DNA of 64,000 nucleotides from assembly GCA_016297965.1 (NCBI GenBank), contig JAEDDP010000001.1:75347-139346 (forward strand), given 5' to 3'. A program made the position numbers and the translations under genes. Below are positions 59,445 to 64,000 of this stretch, piece by piece. This DNA comes from Alphaproteobacteria bacterium. GTDB taxonomy: Bacteria > Pseudomonadota > Alphaproteobacteria > Rs-D84 > CACZYB01. Position 1 is the first letter of the stretch, and every line of letters begins with the position of its first letter. The notes under the pieces are model-generated. The model searched no databases and was not told the origin of the DNA. It saw nothing but the letters and a program-made list of their open reading frames with translations.

Positions 59445-60611
59445 ATGTTTAAAAAGAAATTGAAAACAGATATTAACCCAGAGGCAATTTATATAAGACA
59501 GACAGGTTTGTATTTAAGCCTTATCCGTATGGGATTGTTTTTGTTTGGTATTTTTTTATTGATTGGTATTGTTTCAAGTCAGTTAAGGGTGATTTACAGT
59601 TCAAGTAAGATTTTGAATACCTTTATTTTATCGGTGTTTGTTTTTGGTGTGATTTTGAATTTTAAAAATACAATAGTTTTGCTTAATGATGCAAACTGGA
59701 TAAACGACTTTTTTGCGGGAAATGAAAGTGGAAAGGCGCCAAAAATAATTTCTCCGGTTGCCTTTTTGTTAAAGGAGCATAGAAAAAATTATCATCCATA
59801 TTTGGAGGCGGGTACTATGCGTACACTTCTTGATATTGTGGATGAAAGACTTAATGATTCAAAGGATTCAACATCATATTTTTCCGGTGTTTTAGTGTTC
59901 CTTGGGCTTCTTGGTACATTTTGGGGATTGCTTTTGACCATTGGTTCGTTTGGTGATATTGTGCGAAGCCTTAATGTAAATGATGGTAATATGATGGTTG
60001 TTTTTGAAAGCTTAAAGGTAAATATTGCAAAGCCATTGTCCGGAATGGGAACTGCGTTTTCAACATCATTGTTTGGATTGGGTGCATCGTTGATTTTGGG
60101 ATTTTTGCAACTTCAATCAACATTGGCACAGCACTTCTTTTATAATGAGTTAGAAGAAAATATGACAAGGTACACACGAATCGTTTCTGCAAGCTCGCTT
60201 GCCGAAGGGGATGGTTCAATTATTACATATCTTCAAGCAATGTTGGAACAAACTGCCGATAATATAAACATACTTCAAAAAACGGTTATGAAGTCGGTTG
60301 ATACGAATGCCGATGTTTCAAAAAAGATGGCCGTTATGGCAGAGGAAAGTTCAAAGCTTGCAAAGCAGATGCAAGAAAAGCTTAAAGTTATGGAACGTAT
60401 TTCGGTTGCACCGGAAAAACTTTATCCTGTACTTAATGATTTGGTTAAGATTTCAAAATCTGGGTTCGGTATGGATGACAGGACAAGAGACCATATAAAG
60501 GCGATTGATTTGGGACTTTCCGATATGTCGGACAAATTGTCGTCGGATATAAGGTTGCTTGCAAAAACTATTGCTATGACTGATGGTAAAAATAAGGTTG
60601 AAAAGAAATAG
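59445..60611 (+). CDS. MotA/TolQ/ExbB-family proton-channel protein with about 150-aa C-terminal coiled-coil tail
   Basis: Four TM segments. The conserved core YFSGVLVFLGLLGTFWGLLLTIG...AKPLSGMGTAFSTSLFGLGASLILGFLQLQ has the TolQ/ExbB/MotA pattern. 388 aa. Confidence 0.55.
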   Translation: MFKKKLKTDINPEAIYIRQTGLYLSLIRMGLFLFGIFLLIGIVSSQLRVIYSSSKILNTFILSVFVFGVILNFKNTIVLLNDANWINDFFAGNESGKAPKIISPVAFLLKEHRKNYHPYLEAGTMRTLLDIVDERLNDSKDSTSYFSGVLVFLGLLGTFWGLLLTIGSFGDIVRSLNVNDGNMMVVFESLKVNIAKPLSGMGTAFSTSLFGLGASLILGFLQLQSTLAQHFFYNELEENMTRYTRIVSASSLAEGDGSIITYLQAMLEQTADNINILQKTVMKSVDTNADVSKKMAVMAEESSKLAKQMQEKLKVMERISVAPEKLYPVLNDLVKISKSGFGMDDRTRDHIKAIDLGLSDMSDKLSSDIRLLAKTIAMTDGKNKVEKK

Positions 60612-60619
60612 GAGGAATT

Positions 60620-61003
60620 ATGAAAAAGCTTAATCCGTTTGTTTTCATTGCGGTTAATGGTGTATCCCTTGATAATTTAGGGTATTATGCACGGGCAATT
60701 ACCAAAGATGGGAAGGCGTATTTTTTGTGTGAATATGCAGGGAATCCGTATAATGAAATGTCATTTGAAAGATTCAAATCTTTGTTGACAGGAATGAGCT
60801 TGGATGATATTTATTCCCTTAAATCTAAAACTGTTAATGCGGATGTTGTTATCAATTTTATAGATGAAGAATTAAGAAGAAGACATAAGTCATTAAATAA
60901 GTCAAAACCAAAAATTGCAAAGAAATTAAAAAATAATAATGAAATTTGTTTGCCAAATGGTTCTGTTTTATTTAAGGCTTCGGAAATGAATAAAGGAAGG
61001 TAG
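60620..61003 (+). CDS. hypothetical protein (127 aa) between the MotA-like and MotB-like genes
   Basis: No motif recognised; the tight spacing suggests the same operon. Confidence 0.3.
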   Translation: MKKLNPFVFIAVNGVSLDNLGYYARAITKDGKAYFLCEYAGNPYNEMSFERFKSLLTGMSLDDIYSLKSKTVNADVVINFIDEELRRRHKSLNKSKPKIAKKLKNNNEICLPNGSVLFKASEMNKGR

Positions 61004-61116
61004 TGTTTTATTATGAATAAAAAGTTGATTTCTATAAATGGGGATGTGTTTACTTTTTCAGAAATGATTGAAAACAGAGTTCTAAAATTAAAAATGTTAA
61101 AGGAAAATAGCAGATA

Positions 61117-62187
61117 ATGTTAAGACGTAATTCTTCGGACAGTTCGGCTTCTTTGTGGCCATCGTTTATTGATGTGATGAGTAATTTACTTATCCTTATG
61201 ATTTTTATGGTGGTGATTTTTATGCTTTTGAATTTTGTTTCAAGCATTACAAATTCCGGTTCAAAGGATAAACGGATTGAAGAATTACAAAAAATAATTG
61301 CCGAAAAGGATAAGGTTAATCACGCCCTTATAAATAATGTTCGTGGTATAAAGCAGGATTTGGCAAAGGTGGAAGAAGTTAATAAAAACCAAGAATCCGA
61401 TATGCAGGAGCTTTACCAAACATTGGATATGACAAAGGACGAGTCAAAGAAAAAGGATATTAAAAACGAGCAGTTGAATACAAAGGTTGCCGAACTTAAT
61501 ATGCTTATTTTACAACTTGAAGGTGATATTATTAAAAAAGATAATGAAGTTATGGCATTGAAGAACAGTGAGGAAAACCTTAAATCCACAGTGTCAAAAC
61601 TTACGGGAGAAATGCAAAAGCTTAATCACGTTTTTGAATCCACAAATAAATATATTGCATGGCAAAAGGTGCAAATTGTTGAATTGGGTAAAAAGCTTAA
61701 TCGCGCCCTTGCCAATAAGACAGCAGAGCTTTTTAAGGTGCGTTCCACTTTCTTTGAGGAACTTTCCCTTGCACTTAAAGGAAATGAAAATTTTGTTATG
61801 GTTGGTGACAGATTTGTTATGCCATCGGAAGTCTTCTTTACCGCCGAATCGGCAGAAATTGGTGATGATGGAAAGGAAAAACTTAAAAACCTTGCAAAGG
61901 TGTTAAAGGATGCAATGGTTGCATTTCCGGATGATGTTGATTGGATTTTGCGTGTTGATGGACATACCGATATTACACCGGTAAGACCAAACAGCAAATA
62001 TAAATCAAATTGGGAACTTTCCGTTGCGCGTGCGGTTTCGGTTGTAAATTTCCTTATTTCTCAGGGTATTCCAGAAAACAGATTGGCGGCAACCGGATTT
62101 GGTGAATATCATCCACTTGTGAATGGACGGGATGTAAATTCCCTTCGCCGGAACAGACGTATTGAATTTAAGCTTACTGAAAAATAA
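61117..62187 (+). CDS. MotB/OmpA-like peptidoglycan-binding protein with N-terminal TM and about 180-aa coiled-coil linker
   Basis: TM LLILMIFMVVIFMLL, a long heptad-rich region, then the C-terminal OmpA/MotB domain ILRVDGHTDITPV...NWELSVARAVSVVNFLISQGIPENRLAATGFGEYHP. Confidence 0.6.
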   Translation: MLRRNSSDSSASLWPSFIDVMSNLLILMIFMVVIFMLLNFVSSITNSGSKDKRIEELQKIIAEKDKVNHALINNVRGIKQDLAKVEEVNKNQESDMQELYQTLDMTKDESKKKDIKNEQLNTKVAELNMLILQLEGDIIKKDNEVMALKNSEENLKSTVSKLTGEMQKLNHVFESTNKYIAWQKVQIVELGKKLNRALANKTAELFKVRSTFFEELSLALKGNENFVMVGDRFVMPSEVFFTAESAEIGDDGKEKLKNLAKVLKDAMVAFPDDVDWILRVDGHTDITPVRPNSKYKSNWELSVARAVSVVNFLISQGIPENRLAATGFGEYHPLVNGRDVNSLRRNRRIEFKLTEK

Positions 62188-62937
62188 TTAAAGTTTTTCG
62201 CGAAGAAGTTTAAGATCTTCCCAGGTTTTCTTTTTTGCCTCTATATTATTCAAAAGATAGTTAAGGGAAAATGTTGGCATTACATCAATATTTTCGTATT
62301 TGAACCATTTTCCACGAAGGGTGGTTATTGGCTCCTTTGTATTAAGGAGTATGTCCGCTGGGATACTTCCCATAGTAAGGATTATTTTTGGTTTTAAAAT
62401 TTCAATAAATTTAAGGGTAAATGGTTTTGATATTTCCATTTCCTCCTCTGTTGGGGTACGGTTTCCCGGTGCACGAAGGGGGCTTGCCGGAAAGGTAAAG
62501 GTATTTGTTTCAACAGATGAATTTATGGCAAGAAGAATCTTTTTTAAAAGTTCGCCTGTTGGACCGGATAATGGAATCCCGGTTCTGTCTTCATCGGAAT
62601 TTGGGGATTCCGTTATAACAAGAAGAGATGGATTTTTTACACCAATTCCCGTAATTGGATGTGTGGCGAATTTTGAGAGGGGATTAAGTTTGAAATCAAG
62701 GATTGATTGTTGAAGGGCATCAACCGTTGATATGTTTTGAAGTGCCTTTTTGGCTTCCTCACTTGCCTTTAAAATTGAGATATTTTTTTCGGTTGGTTGT
62801 TGTGGTGTGGATGTTTTTGCCACCGGAAATGCAAACGAATTATTTTCAAAAAAAACATAGGGCGAATCGTTATAAAATTCGTCAATGCCGGATTCTTTGT
62901 ATAATTTAAGGTTTGTAAGTTCTTCGTTTATTGTCAT
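62188..62937 (-). CDS. uracil-DNA glycosylase superfamily protein (family-4-like core with a non-canonical active-site motif)
   Basis: LLVITESPNSDEDRTGIPLSGPTGELLKKIL aligns to the family-4 GEAPG..E...G.PF.G..G.LL motif but has TESPN in place of GEAPG; N-terminal extension of about 80 aa. Confidence 0.5.
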   Translation of the reverse strand: MTINEELTNLKLYKESGIDEFYNDSPYVFFENNSFAFPVAKTSTPQQPTEKNISILKASEEAKKALQNISTVDALQQSILDFKLNPLSKFATHPITGIGVKNPSLLVITESPNSDEDRTGIPLSGPTGELLKKILLAINSSVETNTFTFPASPLRAPGNRTPTEEEMEISKPFTLKFIEILKPKIILTMGSIPADILLNTKEPITTLRGKWFKYENIDVMPTFSLNYLLNNIEAKKKTWEDLKLLREKL

Positions 62938-63692
62938 TATTTGTGTTCTTTTGTTGGATTACAATTTAATTTATCAAATTCCTTTTGTGCGCGTTGTTTT
63001 ACCTCTGCCTCAATTTCTTCCTTTGAATTTACGATTTTTGCGAATGCGGTGCAAGCTCCATTTTTGTTATCAAGGTTTTGCATTGATAATCCCAAATACA
63101 AAAGGTTGTTATGGAAATTTTTGCCGTCCGGAAATGCCTTTATATTTGCGGCAAATTGAATTGCGGAATCGGTATATTCCTTTGCATCAAAGGTCTTTTT
63201 TGCCATTGAAAATGTTTCCTCATCTGTGAATTGTTTTTGTGGTTTTTCACCATCTTTCTTTTTTTCATCAACGGGTTCCTTTTCGTGGATGAGTAAATCA
63301 CTTGGGGCGGAATCGGCCTTTGGTTGTTCCTGAATGTCAACTGTTGATGTTGATTTTGCATTAAGCATTGATGTTATATTTTTAAGGTTTTCAATTTCAA
63401 TTTTTTGAAGGTTTAATTCCTTTGAAAGTTTGGATTGTTCTTCCTTTACATCGTTAATTTGAATTTGTAAATCCTTTAAGACCATAATTGTTTCGGATTT
63501 TGTTTGTTTTTGGTTGTACGAGTTTTCCTCGTTTTGAGAGGTGAGGGTTGTGATTGCAGTTTCAAGTCGTTCAAGGCTTGTATTTATGTTTTCAAGAGCC
63601 TCAGTGTTAACGGAATTTGTTTTTGGTTTTGCGGATACAGCGGTGGTTGTTAAACATAAAATAAAGGTTAACAATTTTACAAATTTTTTCAT
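62937..63692 (-). CDS. cpoB: Tol-Pal system protein CpoB/YbgF-like (signal peptide, coiled-coil, TPR)
   Basis: Signal peptide, N-terminal coiled-coil, C-terminal TPR-like KEYTDSAIQFAANIKAFPDGKNFHNNLLYLGLS. Confidence 0.55.
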   Translation of the reverse strand: MKKFVKLLTFILCLTTTAVSAKPKTNSVNTEALENINTSLERLETAITTLTSQNEENSYNQKQTKSETIMVLKDLQIQINDVKEEQSKLSKELNLQKIEIENLKNITSMLNAKSTSTVDIQEQPKADSAPSDLLIHEKEPVDEKKKDGEKPQKQFTDEETFSMAKKTFDAKEYTDSAIQFAANIKAFPDGKNFHNNLLYLGLSMQNLDNKNGACTAFAKIVNSKEEIEAEVKQRAQKEFDKLNCNPTKEHK

Positions 63693-63765
63693 TTTTATTC
63701 CCTCAAAAAAATACTATGTGCCTATATTAAAATAAAAAAATGTATATGGCAATAAAAAACCTCCC

Positions 63766-63792
63766 GTTTCGTTGGGAGGTTTAGTTGTTTAG
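63766..63792 (-). terminator. terminator-like hairpin (CCTCCC/GGGAGG family), T-run on the minus strand
   Basis: AACCTCCC-gtttcgtt-GGGAGGTT; the minus-strand reading ends in TTTTTTATT. Confidence 0.4.
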
Positions 63793-64000
63793 GATTTTTT
63801 TAGTCTATTTATATATGTTACAACCTCCTTTTTTGTTGTTAAAAAAAGCCATTTAAAAAATGGCGGGGAGTTCGTTAATCATATAAGGTTGATTGTTTTG
63901 ATTTTTGGGATTGCTCCTTGAACATATATCAAAACCTCCCCACCGATGTGGGGTTATTTTTTTGGGGCATAATTTTTTATTATGCCTCCCTTATAAAAGA

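Overview
This is AT-rich (roughly one-third GC) bacterial chromosomal DNA, and its gene content looks like a reduced alphaproteobacterium of the Rickettsiales or Holosporales type. The taxon is inference; no search was run.

**Core genes.** The backbone is housekeeping: a 5'-truncated mlaA, dnaA, mutL, pgi, parE, uppP, rlpA, secF, gatC, tuf, dnaG, nth, mreB, rsmA, rpsF-rpsR-rplI, dnaB, rdgB-hemW, metG, plsC, ftsEX, rluD, mlaEF and cpoB. Five tRNAs are present: Glu, Gly, Met (CAT) and Thr. There is no rRNA, no CRISPR array, and no recognisable transposase or integrase.

**Accessory loci** sit between the housekeeping blocks:
- **Chaperone-usher pilus locus (12.4-18.5 kb).** An archaic Csu/SCPU-type locus next to tRNA-Glu, with two pilins, a two-domain tip subunit, a chaperone, and a 1041-aa usher carrying N-terminal tandem repeats.
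- **Island in the rplI-dnaB junction (33.15-36.6 kb).** It holds a GC-richer secreted Gly/Ala-rich protein with three glycine-zipper-like segments. Its 5' end carries a G9 homopolymer with an upstream RBS+ATG that is currently out of frame, which looks like a phase-variation switch. G+T-skewed noncoding flanks with direct repeats, a tRNA-Met, and a GIY-YIG/T5orf172 gene complete the island.
- **Three giant pilin-like proteins (47.8-52.0 kb).** These are overlapping 460-480-aa proteins with class-III-like N-termini, plus a small paralog at 31.26 kb.
- **MotA/MotB-like pair (59.4-62.2 kb).** An atypical pair with long coiled-coils and two small ORFs between them.

Other notable features are a large Cys-rich coiled-coil secreted protein, a DUF2934 protein with a histone-H1-like tail next to a bactofilin, and a recurring CCTCCC/GGGAGG terminator hairpin family.
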